Source: an uncultured delta proteobacterium | GTDB lineage: Bacteria; Myxococcota_A; Polyangia; Fen-1088 | Reading direction: 5' to 3' | Length of the DNA stretch: 64,000 nucleotides | Assembly (NCBI GenBank): GCA_963796685.1 | Contig: CAWCMR010000013.1 | Location: 288,001 to 352,000 of the forward strand | In this document: positions 21,252 to 29,883 of the stretch, piece after piece | Position numbering within the stretch: position 1 is the stretch's first letter | How the letters are laid out: each line of letters opens with the position of its first letter | Position numbers and translations under genes: made by a program | The notes under the pieces: generated by a model | Databases searched by the model: none | Seen by the model: the letters and a program-made list of their open reading frames with translations, nothing else | Told to the model about the DNA's origin: nothing

Positions 21252-21581
21252 TTAGCCAAGGGGTCCAACGCGAGTTCGGATGTCGGTGACCGTCCCGGGT
21301 GGAAGCAAGACGGCCATGCGCTGCAGAATCTCGCCGCGCAGGAGGGTGAGATGGTGAGCGATGGCGAAGCTCGAAACGCGCACGAACAGAGTCCCGTCGC
21401 GCAGGGCGTCGGGACGGGTGTGCTTGCGAAGGAAATCGCCACCGATATCTGCATACACGGCGAAGACCCGGTGTTCGCGTCCGCGCCAACTTCCTCCGAT
21501 GTCGCCGACCACTGCGGAAACCAACGCCGAGGCCGGCTCGGGCTCGCTCTTGCGGCGGCGAGGTCGCGGATGGGAGGGCAC
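21252..21581 (-). CDS. DUF721/DciA-family protein
   Basis: Pattern HTRP..LRDGTLFVRVSS...HHL.LLR.EIL...V.DIR.RVG. Confidence 0.75.
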   Translation of the reverse strand: MPSHPRPRRRKSEPEPASALVSAVVGDIGGSWRGREHRVFAVYADIGGDFLRKHTRPDALRDGTLFVRVSSFAIAHHLTLLRGEILQRMAVLLPPGTVTDIRTRVGPLG

Positions 21582-21692
21582 GGCCGCAACGTATACCCCA
21601 GTGCCAACACGGAGGACACAGAGAACTCGGAGACTGTTCCCACGGGGACGCTAGGGTTGGCAAGCGCGGCGGTTGGGCGGTATCGTGGCTCC

Positions 21693-22094
21693 ATGCCAGT
21701 CGAAATCGTCGCAACGGACGCCGCGCCCAAGGCCATTGGTCCCTATTCGCAGGCAGTGATCGCACCCGCTGGCCGGCTGCTCTTCTGTTCGGGCCAGCTT
21801 CCCATCGACCCTCGGACCGGGGAGTTGGCCGGCGCCGGAGACATCCACCTACAAACCCACCGCGTGATGAAGAATCTCGAAGCCGTCTTGCAAGCGGCGG
21901 GCGCCTCGTTCGCCGACATGGTCAAGAGCACCATCTACCTGGTGGACCTGGCCAACTTCGCTGCGGTGAATGAGATCTATGCAGCCTACTTTACTGGCGC
22001 GCCGCCGCCGGCGCGCGCGACGGTCCAGGTGGCCGCGCTTCCACGGGGCGCGCAGGTTGAAATCGACGCTATCGTGGTGCTCCAGCCAGCATGA
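21693..22094 (+). CDS. ridA: RidA/YjgF family enamine deaminase
   Basis: APKAIGPYSQA, SGQLPIDP, FAAVNEIY, PARATVQVAALP, VEIDA. Confidence 0.93.
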   Translation: MPVEIVATDAAPKAIGPYSQAVIAPAGRLLFCSGQLPIDPRTGELAGAGDIHLQTHRVMKNLEAVLQAAGASFADMVKSTIYLVDLANFAAVNEIYAAYFTGAPPPARATVQVAALPRGAQVEIDAIVVLQPA

Positions 22095-22214
22095 TTCACC
22101 ACGATCGGATTGCCAACGAGCATGCTCGAACAGACCGCCGGAGACGGCGGGCTGGGTCGATGGTCGTTCGAGCCTTGGCCAGACGGGAGGTGGCCCTATG
22201 TCGCGAGTCGCCGG

Positions 22215-22406
22215 TCAGACGACCTTGGCGACCTTGCCGGAGCGCAGGCATCGCGTACAAACACGGATGTGCTTGCGCGATCCTCCGGCCTGGATATGCA
22301 CCCGTTGCAGGTTGGGCCGCTGGATGCTCTTGGTCTTGATGTTCGAGTGGCTAACTCGGTTGGCCACTTGTCGCTGTTTGCCGCAAATTTCACACTGCGC
22401 TGGCAT
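22215..22406 (-). CDS. rpmB: 50S ribosomal protein L28 (Cys-containing form)
   Basis: CEICGK..NRVSHSN..RPNLQ..VCTRCLRSG; SD GGAG. Confidence 0.95.
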   Translation of the reverse strand: MPAQCEICGKQRQVANRVSHSNIKTKSIQRPNLQRVHIQAGGSRKHIRVCTRCLRSGKVAKVV

Positions 22407-22442
22407 GGGTTCTCCGAAGGGGGCTAGCATTAGCACCTGTTG

Positions 22443-24002
22443 ATGCTGTCCGCAAGCGCGCATTCAAGGCTATCGGTGGCGATCCTGGGATTGGTCGCCT
22501 GCCTCGCGTCGGGATGTCGGCACAAGGCGTCGCCGGCGCGGACGTCAGCGCCGTCCGCTGACGGCAACCGAGGTCTCCCGCGAGCGCGGGAATCGGCGCC
22601 GGTCAACCTCGCGGGCGTGGTGCGGGACAGGCGGGGGACACCTTTGCCCGATGTCCTGGTGATTGCCTGGCCCAAGGGAAGACGAGGCCAGTTGGTTGCG
22701 CAAGCGCGCACCGGTGACGATGGCCACTTTGTGCTTCCTGGTTTGCGGCCGGACCGCTGGAAGCTGCTCGTGGAAGCGGCTGGGCTCGGTACGCTCGAGA
22801 CGGAGCGCCAGGTGCCCGAGGACGGAACCCCTGTGCTCATGCTGGAAGGTGAGAGCCGGACGCTCACGGGCGTGGTCACCGATGGGGCCAACCGACGGCA
22901 ACTCGGCGCTCGAGTGACCTTGGGCGGTCCAGGCCTCCGCTGGACGCGAGTGGCCGACACCGATGCCAACGGAATCTTCAGCGTGAAGGGGCTGGGCAAT
23001 GGACGATTCACTCTTCGCGCCACGCAGGGAACGCGGGCTTCGCCGCCTGAGGTCGTGGTCCTGGAGGAGGCGCTCGCGCGGCCGCCGCACGTTCGATTGT
23101 CGCTTCAGCCCGGCGCATTCGTGGAAGGCAGGGTCTTGGACGACACAGGAAGGGCGCTTGTCGGCGCGACGGTCGATGTGATGGCCATGCCGTCCGACGA
23201 CTTGCCGGTGTCGGGCCAATCCGGTCGCGACGGACGCTACCGGCTTGGCCCCGTTGCCCCCGGCAAGTATCAGGTGCTGGCCAGGTTGGACGACTATGTG
23301 CTCTTGGATGCCCCCGAGCCGCAACTGGGCGCGCGGGAGAGGGCAGCGCTCGACCTGCACCTGGCGCGCACGGCCAGGGTTGCGGGTCGGGTGGTCGACG
23401 AGGGCGGTCGTCCCATGGTCGGCGTCCAGGTGTCTGCAATTTCCTTGATCGGCGGCCACGACAATCTGGTGGTGATTCCAGGCGCGCTTCCGCTGGCCGC
23501 CGAGGCGGCCGAGTTGCCGGTGGGCCGCTTGCTTCGTCCAGGGGGGCTTCGTTCCAGTCCGACGGACAAGGCCGGGCGATTCGATATCGCCGGGCTTTCG
23601 CCGGGCCGCGCGCGCATCGAGATCCTCGCCGCGAACGAGCTTCCCTTTCGCTATGAGCCCTTGCTGCTTGCCCCGGGCGACGTGCGCGACGTGGGCAATC
23701 TGACCCTGCTTGCCGGTGCCACCTTGGCGGGCAAGGTGCTCGACGACGTGGGCCAACCTGCCACCGGAGCCGTGGTCGAGGTCCGTCTCGCAGGAAGGCC
23801 GGCGCGACCTCCGATCCGGACGACCGCGGATAGCCGCGGCGAGTTCTTCATGCGGGTTCCCCCGGGCCACTACGCCCTCACCGCCCAGACCGAGAGCTTG
23901 GTCTCGGCGGCCCCGCTTTCGATCCAGGCCCGGACGGATGCGTCGACCGATTCCTGCTTGGTGAGGCTCGCGCCGCGACCGCCCAAGGCGCTAAGGCGAT
24001 GA
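22443..24002 (+). CDS. lipoprotein with repeated carboxypeptidase-regulatory-like domains
   Basis: Lipobox ASG-C; repeated GxVxD..G.P..GA.V...TD..G.F modules. Confidence 0.8.
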   Translation: MLSASAHSRLSVAILGLVACLASGCRHKASPARTSAPSADGNRGLPRARESAPVNLAGVVRDRRGTPLPDVLVIAWPKGRRGQLVAQARTGDDGHFVLPGLRPDRWKLLVEAAGLGTLETERQVPEDGTPVLMLEGESRTLTGVVTDGANRRQLGARVTLGGPGLRWTRVADTDANGIFSVKGLGNGRFTLRATQGTRASPPEVVVLEEALARPPHVRLSLQPGAFVEGRVLDDTGRALVGATVDVMAMPSDDLPVSGQSGRDGRYRLGPVAPGKYQVLARLDDYVLLDAPEPQLGARERAALDLHLARTARVAGRVVDEGGRPMVGVQVSAISLIGGHDNLVVIPGALPLAAEAAELPVGRLLRPGGLRSSPTDKAGRFDIAGLSPGRARIEILAANELPFRYEPLLLAPGDVRDVGNLTLLAGATLAGKVLDDVGQPATGAVVEVRLAGRPARPPIRTTADSRGEFFMRVPPGHYALTAQTESLVSAAPLSIQARTDASTDSCLVRLAPRPPKALRR

Positions 24003-24965
24003 AACCCTGACGTCGTCGAAGACGGCGAGCGCGCCGCCGTAGACGCCCAGCGCGACGGTGCCTAGATCTCCATTGAGAGAATTGCTGGTATCGGTCGCTG
24101 CGGTCAGCAACTTGCCGTCCAAGTAGCCCTCGACCACGACATTGTCGGCGGCACCGGTCACCCTGATCTTCAGATCGTGCCACTCATTCTCGTTGACGGA
24201 AACGTTGGCCAAGGTTCCGAAGGCGGCAGCATTCCTGCGCAGCCCCAACTTGCCGTCGCCGCTCAAGGCCACGGCGTAGAAATGCGACAGATCCTGATAG
24301 CGGGCGTAGAGCACGACGCGATTCGTGCTGGTGTATTGGCCAAAGGAAGTCACCATCACCCTCGCTTCCGCGGTCATGTCCTGCCAAGCACCCGGTGAGA
24401 AACTGGCGATGCTGGAAATCGGGGTCGTTGGACCAAAGACCGCGTTCGTGTCGGCGTCGCCATTTTTCGAAGCGACCTCCCAGGACCCTCCGGTTACGGT
24501 CCACTGGGAGTCACCCTCGTCGAACCCGTCGCAGAGCTCGTAGTCGGCCCCCACGCACGGATCGGTCCCCTCGTCGCCACCGCCATCGACAGCCGGAACA
24601 AGGGGCACATCGACACTCGCCTGGTCCTTGCTCGCTTGGTCTTTGCTGTCCATTCCGTCGAGGCCGGCTACAGCGTCCATCGCCTCGGTGATCGTCGCGC
24701 CCTCACCGCCAGCGGGCGCATCCTTGGTCGCGCTCCGACCATCGCCGCCCGAAGCGTTGGTAGTGGGGGCATCCAGGACGATCGCGTCGATGCCAGGGCT
24801 CGCATCCATGCCACCTGAACCACCCGTGCCATTCACCACCGCGGGCGTGCGCCGAACGACGTCTGCCTCGCCGAGCTGACAGCCGAAAGCCGCGGCCAGA
24901 GCTCCAAGACCGGCCATGGCCAGCAAGTTGCGTGCGAACGAACTGGGGGGAAGGACCGTACTCAT
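23991..24965 (-). CDS. lipoprotein with C-terminal ConA/DUF1080-like beta-sandwich
   Basis: Lipobox AFG-C; WHDLKIRV..GYLDG, G.VAL..FDDVRV. Confidence 0.7.
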   Translation of the reverse strand: MSTVLPPSSFARNLLAMAGLGALAAAFGCQLGEADVVRRTPAVVNGTGGSGGMDASPGIDAIVLDAPTTNASGGDGRSATKDAPAGGEGATITEAMDAVAGLDGMDSKDQASKDQASVDVPLVPAVDGGGDEGTDPCVGADYELCDGFDEGDSQWTVTGGSWEVASKNGDADTNAVFGPTTPISSIASFSPGAWQDMTAEARVMVTSFGQYTSTNRVVLYARYQDLSHFYAVALSGDGKLGLRRNAAAFGTLANVSVNENEWHDLKIRVTGAADNVVVEGYLDGKLLTAATDTSNSLNGDLGTVALGVYGGALAVFDDVRVSSP

Positions 24966-25013
24966 GGCAAAGACGCGTCGCTGTCCGCCCAACTATAGCT
25001 CCGGGTGGGAGCC

Positions 25014-25955
25014 TTATCCAACCTTCAGGCGTCCGCGCCGTCCGCGTAGGCAGGCCAGCGCGAGCGCCAGAAGACACCCCAATCCGCTCAGGATGGCCGT
25101 TGTCCGGGGGTGATCGTGCCTGGTGGTCGAGAGAACGCTGCAACCCCCATCCGACGGCACAGCCGGGCAGACGTCATACAAGTGGGGATAGATCTCGCAA
25201 ATGCCTTGTTCGTCGTCGGTGGTGAGCGTACGCCTGAGTGTGTCGGTCAGCATGACGGAAGGATACATGGTCGCTTCGGCCACGGCGTCCGGGGGCGTGG
25301 GACTGTAGCAATCGACCTCGGGCGCACCGGTGTTGTCATTGAGCCGATCTTGCAGATCGCTGTTGGCGTAGCAATTGTGGTCGAGGCCAAGGACATGGCC
25401 AAGCTCGTGGGTCAAGGCATTCTGAAAGTCGGCGGTCGTCGAGGTGGCAAGCGCCGGTTGCCCCACGAGGTCTCCCCAGGAGTAGTCCACCGCATTGAGC
25501 TCGATGTCGGCGTCCAGGATTTCTCCGGTCTTCGAGTTCTTGAACAGCGAGGTGACCGCGAGCGCACTCGACGAGAAGCACTGAGGTTCGGGGATCCCTG
25601 CATCGTCGACCGGCGTGGGCTGGCGGCACCAGGTTTCTTTCCGGAAGACGATGACGTTCTTGTGGTCGTTGCCGACATCGGCGGAGGGCTCGGTTTCGGC
25701 CATCATGGCGAGTCGGATGTCCGTACATGCCAGGGCGGGATAGCTCCACGCGGCCGCCGCCTGCGTGCTTGCCGCGAAGAAGTCGTCCTCCGTCAGCACG
25801 GGCGGCGGCGAGCCCAGGTAGATGCGCATGGTTTGGCATGGGTAGCGCCAGGCCACCGGAACGCCCGAGCTCGTCACTTCCCGGACGTAGGCCCGCGCGG
25901 TCCCGGTCGCCAGGGTCGCGAAGCCGAAAAACAGGGCAAGTGCGCGCACCAGCAT
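25014..25955 (-). CDS. matrixin-family (M10) zinc metalloprotease with MYXO-CTERM-like tail
   Basis: HELGHVLGLDH, Met-turn ATMYP; GGCS + hydrophobic stretch + RGRR at the C-terminus. Confidence 0.88.
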   Translation of the reverse strand: MLVRALALFFGFATLATGTARAYVREVTSSGVPVAWRYPCQTMRIYLGSPPPVLTEDDFFAASTQAAAAWSYPALACTDIRLAMMAETEPSADVGNDHKNVIVFRKETWCRQPTPVDDAGIPEPQCFSSSALAVTSLFKNSKTGEILDADIELNAVDYSWGDLVGQPALATSTTADFQNALTHELGHVLGLDHNCYANSDLQDRLNDNTGAPEVDCYSPTPPDAVAEATMYPSVMLTDTLRRTLTTDDEQGICEIYPHLYDVCPAVPSDGGCSVLSTTRHDHPRTTAILSGLGCLLALALACLRGRRGRLKVG

Positions 25956-25959
25956 CGTC

Positions 25960-26514
25960 TCAGTTCCTGACCAATGCACGGACCCGTTCGCGCAGCCCAT
26001 CCAGAGCTTCCGAGTGGTCGAGCCCGGAAACGTGCGGGCGTCCGTGCGCATCCACGTCGAGAACGCCAGCGCGATCGGGTGCATCGACCAGCCATCGTCG
26101 GTCCTGGGCATCCCAGCGCAAACCACGCTTGCCTTGGCTCATGCCCACGACGCGGGCTCCGTGCAGAAACAGCAAGGAGCGCTCGCCGGCGGTGAAGCGC
26201 GCCATTCCGTAGACCGTCATCTCGATTTCCCCCACGGACCCGCCAAGCTGGCGAATCGTGAGGATGCCATCATTCGGCGGCGCGCCTTTCCAGCTCTCTT
26301 GGACGCGGATATCGATGGTCGTATAGATATTGAGGTGCGCAGCGTCCCAGGCGCTCCGGGTGGAGAGCACCTCGCCGACCACGATCTGCTCGGCGGCGGC
26401 TGTCAGCTCCGCCAACCCCATCGTGCGCATCAACGTGGCCCTCGCCACGGGCAAGCCGGCCACCAAGCAGGTCGCCGCGGCCAGGGATGGAATCAGGCGG
26501 CAAGCACGTACCAT
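25960..26514 (-). CDS. secreted partner protein of the matrixin protease
   Basis: Signal peptide; pattern L.EL...AEQIVVGEV...IYT.....V.E.WKG...GGSVG...GMARF..GE..LLFL. Confidence 0.7.
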   Translation of the reverse strand: MVRACRLIPSLAAATCLVAGLPVARATLMRTMGLAELTAAAEQIVVGEVLSTRSAWDAAHLNIYTTIDIRVQESWKGAPPNDGILTIRQLGGSVGEIEMTVYGMARFTAGERSLLFLHGARVVGMSQGKRGLRWDAQDRRWLVDAPDRAGVLDVDAHGRPHVSGLDHSEALDGLRERVRALVRN

Positions 26515-26533
26515 TCCACCGCCAAGACTACCA

Positions 26534-28585
26534 CTAGCGGGCGCCGCGCGTGCCGACATCCTGGCTCAGGTCGCGCAGGACGAGCTTACTCGCGCGTGCC
26601 GCGGCCAACTCCTCCGCCGACAATCGACCGCGACGTTTCATCATCCCGAGAAGATCGTACAGGCGCTGCTGCCAGCCCTCATCGACCTGCCCATCGCGAA
26701 AGCGCCTGGCCAGCACGTGCGGGTTCGGGGTCAGGGCTGCCAGATGGGCGGATTCCAGCGGCGTCAGCTCGGCTACATCCTTGCCAAAGTAGACGCGCGC
26801 GGCCTCCTTTACGCCACGGATTCCGGGGCCGAGCTCGATGATGTTGAGATAGAGCTCGAGCACGCGATCCTTGCTGAGCAGTTTTTGCAGCCTCCAGGTC
26901 AGCACGGCTTCTTCCAGCTTTCTGGCCAGGGTCCGCCGGTGGGTGAGGAAGAGATTCTTCGCCAGTTGCTGGGTGATGGTGCTGGCGCCTCGGTCGAAAG
27001 ATCGGTTTTCCAGATCTTGAGCCAGTGCGTGCCTGATCATGTCCATGTCGAAACCATGGTGGTGGAAGAACTTGCCGTCCTCGGATGTCAGGAAGGCGGA
27101 CGGCAAGTGCTTGGGCATCTGCGCCAGGGGAACGAAGTCGGGGTGGATCGAGCCGAGGGGCAAGGCGATTGGGGCCTGATCCTTTGCCTTGGGGCGCAGC
27201 AGACTGGGGAGAAGGGAGGCGAGCGCCGTGGCCTCGTGCTTGACTTGACACAGAGGCGTCACATCGACATCCAGGCCGAGGCTCTCCCATGCGCGGGCAT
27301 CGAATTCCACGGCTACCCTGAAGCCCAGCTTGCCGTCCACCTCGAGACCGGACAGCGCTTGCTTTACCGGGGCTGGCTGCGCCGACAGAAGCGAGGCACA
27401 GGACAGCGGTGCGTGCAGGGGTGTGGAAAGAACCAGGGATCCACGCGGCGCATGCGAGGCTTCGATCCAACCCGAAAGGGACAAGGGAGCGGAGAACACC
27501 CGCAATTCACCGCTTTGGATGTCGACGCGGCCGGTGGCCAGATCGGCGTGTCCGCGTAAATGAAGCGCCCCGGCCTGGTTGCGCCAGGGCAGGACATCGA
27601 CCGCGGGGTGCATGATGTCGACCCCGGCAACCTTTCCGTCAAGGTCGAAGTCGGACATCCCGTGGTCCACCGTGATGGATGCGTGCAAGGAGGCTTTGGC
27701 GTTGTCCAGGCCAACGGCGTGCCTTGCGCTCGCTACACCGAGCGCGCGCAGCGGCACGTCGTGCACGTCCATGGCGAGATCCAGCGTGCCTGGCTGCCAA
27801 TGTCCGGCGAGCAGCACCTGCTTGGCGGGGAGAGCCCGGCGCTGGACTTGGAGGTCGGCCTTGCCCGCGCCTAGGGCTGCCGTAACGGCCAGGTTTTCGA
27901 GCAGCGTTCCTCCCCCTGGGATCTCGATGGACACGTCGCCACCGCTGGCAAGGTGTAACCCCTGTCGGTCGTATTCGCTGGAAAGCACCGGCACCCGCAA
28001 CGAGCCCCAGCCCTCGGCATCGACAACCAAACGCTCGATCGTCGATGTAACGGTCCCATCGCAGCCTCGTTCGAATTTTGCTTGTGGAACCCGAAATTCG
28101 ATGCGGGGAAGGTTGGCCAAGGCCACGCTGCCGCGCAGATGCACGTTGCCGGCGACGATCTTGGGGATGGCGCCAGCGCCAGTGCTACGGGCAGCGGTGG
28201 GTCCTCGTCGGATGGGCTGACCCGGGACACGCAGGTTGTCGCCGGTGGCGGTTCCCAGGTACTCGATGTCCAGACCGTCGATGACGATCTCCGCTGGACT
28301 GAAGAGCCCACCGGGGCCGTGCAAGCGCACCACGACCTGTTCGGCGCGGGCCAAGGTCTGCGAGTCGAACGGTGGTGTCCCGGCGATGCGAACGTCGCGC
28401 AGAACGATTTCGAGCCGATGGTTGAGCCCGACCCCACCGATGCTCGCGCCATGTCCGGTAAGCTGCTCCAGTCGTCGGCGGACGATGGCGGGTGCCTTCC
28501 ACTGCCACAGCAGCGCGGCGGACGCGCACGCGAACACCAGGGCAAGAGAGCCGAGAACGAGAATGAGTCGACGCCGAACCGACAA
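26534..28585 (-). CDS. monofunctional peptidoglycan glycosyltransferase (GT51) with large N-terminal region
   Basis: EDGKFFHHHG, GASTITQQLAKNL, RKLEE, KDRVLELYLN; N-terminal TM helix; no transpeptidase domain. Confidence 0.88.
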   Translation of the reverse strand: MSVRRRLILVLGSLALVFACASAALLWQWKAPAIVRRRLEQLTGHGASIGGVGLNHRLEIVLRDVRIAGTPPFDSQTLARAEQVVVRLHGPGGLFSPAEIVIDGLDIEYLGTATGDNLRVPGQPIRRGPTAARSTGAGAIPKIVAGNVHLRGSVALANLPRIEFRVPQAKFERGCDGTVTSTIERLVVDAEGWGSLRVPVLSSEYDRQGLHLASGGDVSIEIPGGGTLLENLAVTAALGAGKADLQVQRRALPAKQVLLAGHWQPGTLDLAMDVHDVPLRALGVASARHAVGLDNAKASLHASITVDHGMSDFDLDGKVAGVDIMHPAVDVLPWRNQAGALHLRGHADLATGRVDIQSGELRVFSAPLSLSGWIEASHAPRGSLVLSTPLHAPLSCASLLSAQPAPVKQALSGLEVDGKLGFRVAVEFDARAWESLGLDVDVTPLCQVKHEATALASLLPSLLRPKAKDQAPIALPLGSIHPDFVPLAQMPKHLPSAFLTSEDGKFFHHHGFDMDMIRHALAQDLENRSFDRGASTITQQLAKNLFLTHRRTLARKLEEAVLTWRLQKLLSKDRVLELYLNIIELGPGIRGVKEAARVYFGKDVAELTPLESAHLAALTPNPHVLARRFRDGQVDEGWQQRLYDLLGMMKRRGRLSAEELAAARASKLVLRDLSQDVGTRGAR

Positions 28586-28686
28586 GGCAACTCATCGTAG
28601 CACTACCACACCGAATTCGGACCGAGCCATCGCATCGCGAGAAGCCCCTTTCGCAACGACGCGGTTTCACCCGGCGAAGCGTGTTT

Positions 28687-28770
28687 AGCCGCCGCTCAAA
28701 GATAACTTTGGCAGGCCCGCGGCCGATTTATCCCGGCCGCACTCTTTGCACAAGTTATCTTTTCGCGGCT
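28687..28770. repeat. long imperfect inverted repeat
   Basis: AAAGATAACTT 28698-28708 / AAGTTATCTTT 28752-28762, with inner GCGGCCG/CGGCCGC and outer AGCCGC/GCGGCT arms. Confidence 0.75.
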
Positions 28771-28772
28771 CC

Positions 28773-29795
28773 TTAGTGCGCTTCGGGCACGGCGGTGGCG
28801 CGCCGATCGGGGCCTTCGAACGGGGACTGGTACACGCGGCGGTTGCTGTGGCGTCCGTGCGCGCGCAGGCGGGCGCCGCGCAGGATTTCTTCGATGAAGT
28901 CGCCATACTCGAGGCCGGATTGGCTGGCGATGATGGGCAGCGGGCTGGTGGGCAGGAGAAGGGGGGAGGTGTCGATATCCACGATGGTCTCGTTGAGCCG
29001 CTCGCTGACCAGCATTTCCACACACGCCGGTCCCTCGCAGCCCAGGGCATCGTAGGCTTGCGTCGCCAGACGCAGCACCGAGTCGTGCCGCTCTCGCGAG
29101 AGCCGGATGGGCGCACACGACTCCTGTCCGCGCATCCCGACCGAGCGTAGGCCCGCCCAGGAGGCAATCCGCGGTACCTCGACGATACCCAGCGCAACGC
29201 CGTCGAGGATCCCCACCGAAACCGGGCGCCCCTGAATGAACCTTTCCACCAGCGCGCAGTCCTCCAAGCGAAAGACGTCGTCGAGGGCGCTTTCCAGCTC
29301 CATCTCGTCGCGCGCCAGGGTGCCTCCCCAAAGCAGCGAGGCGCTCACCGGGCGCACCACGGCGGGAAATCCGAACGAGCCGTGCCTGTCGGTCAGATCG
29401 CCCTCGTGCTCACTATGCAGAACGTAACCAGGGGCCACCGGCAGATTGAACAGGCGCAGGATGTCCTTGGTCTTGGCGCGATTCATGGCCAAGCCGCAGG
29501 CGAGCACCGCCGAGCCCGTGTAGGGGATGCCATGCAGTTCCAGCAGCCCTTGCAGGCAGCCGTCGGCGCTGTAGCGTCCGCGCACCGCCAGGAAGGCGAC
29601 GTCGATCTTGGTTTGTCTCAGCGCCACGTCGATGTCGCGGTCGACGAACATGCAGCGGGTTTCGTGCCCCATCTGCCGCAAGGCCGTGGCCACGGCCTCC
29701 CCGGCGCGAATAGAAGCGTCCCGTTCAACCGACAGCCCGCCCAGGAGGACACCGATCTTCTTGCTGGAGCTGCATTCACCACCGGTACCTTTCAT
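28773..29795 (-). CDS. D-Ala-D-Ala ligase-like protein with degenerate catalytic motifs
   Basis: KIGVLLGGLSVER, GIPYTGS and LVERFIQG retained; the HG..GEDG, VKP..GSS and EVN.LPG equivalents are altered. Confidence 0.85.
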   Translation of the reverse strand: MKGTGGECSSSKKIGVLLGGLSVERDASIRAGEAVATALRQMGHETRCMFVDRDIDVALRQTKIDVAFLAVRGRYSADGCLQGLLELHGIPYTGSAVLACGLAMNRAKTKDILRLFNLPVAPGYVLHSEHEGDLTDRHGSFGFPAVVRPVSASLLWGGTLARDEMELESALDDVFRLEDCALVERFIQGRPVSVGILDGVALGIVEVPRIASWAGLRSVGMRGQESCAPIRLSRERHDSVLRLATQAYDALGCEGPACVEMLVSERLNETIVDIDTSPLLLPTSPLPIIASQSGLEYGDFIEEILRGARLRAHGRHSNRRVYQSPFEGPDRRATAVPEAH

Positions 29796-29883
29796 CCGGG
29801 TCGACGTCAAAAAAACGCTCCAAACCGGCTTCAGCGCCGCTCTTCTCCCATGAACGGGCGGTTTGTGGTAAAGAAACGGCTCC

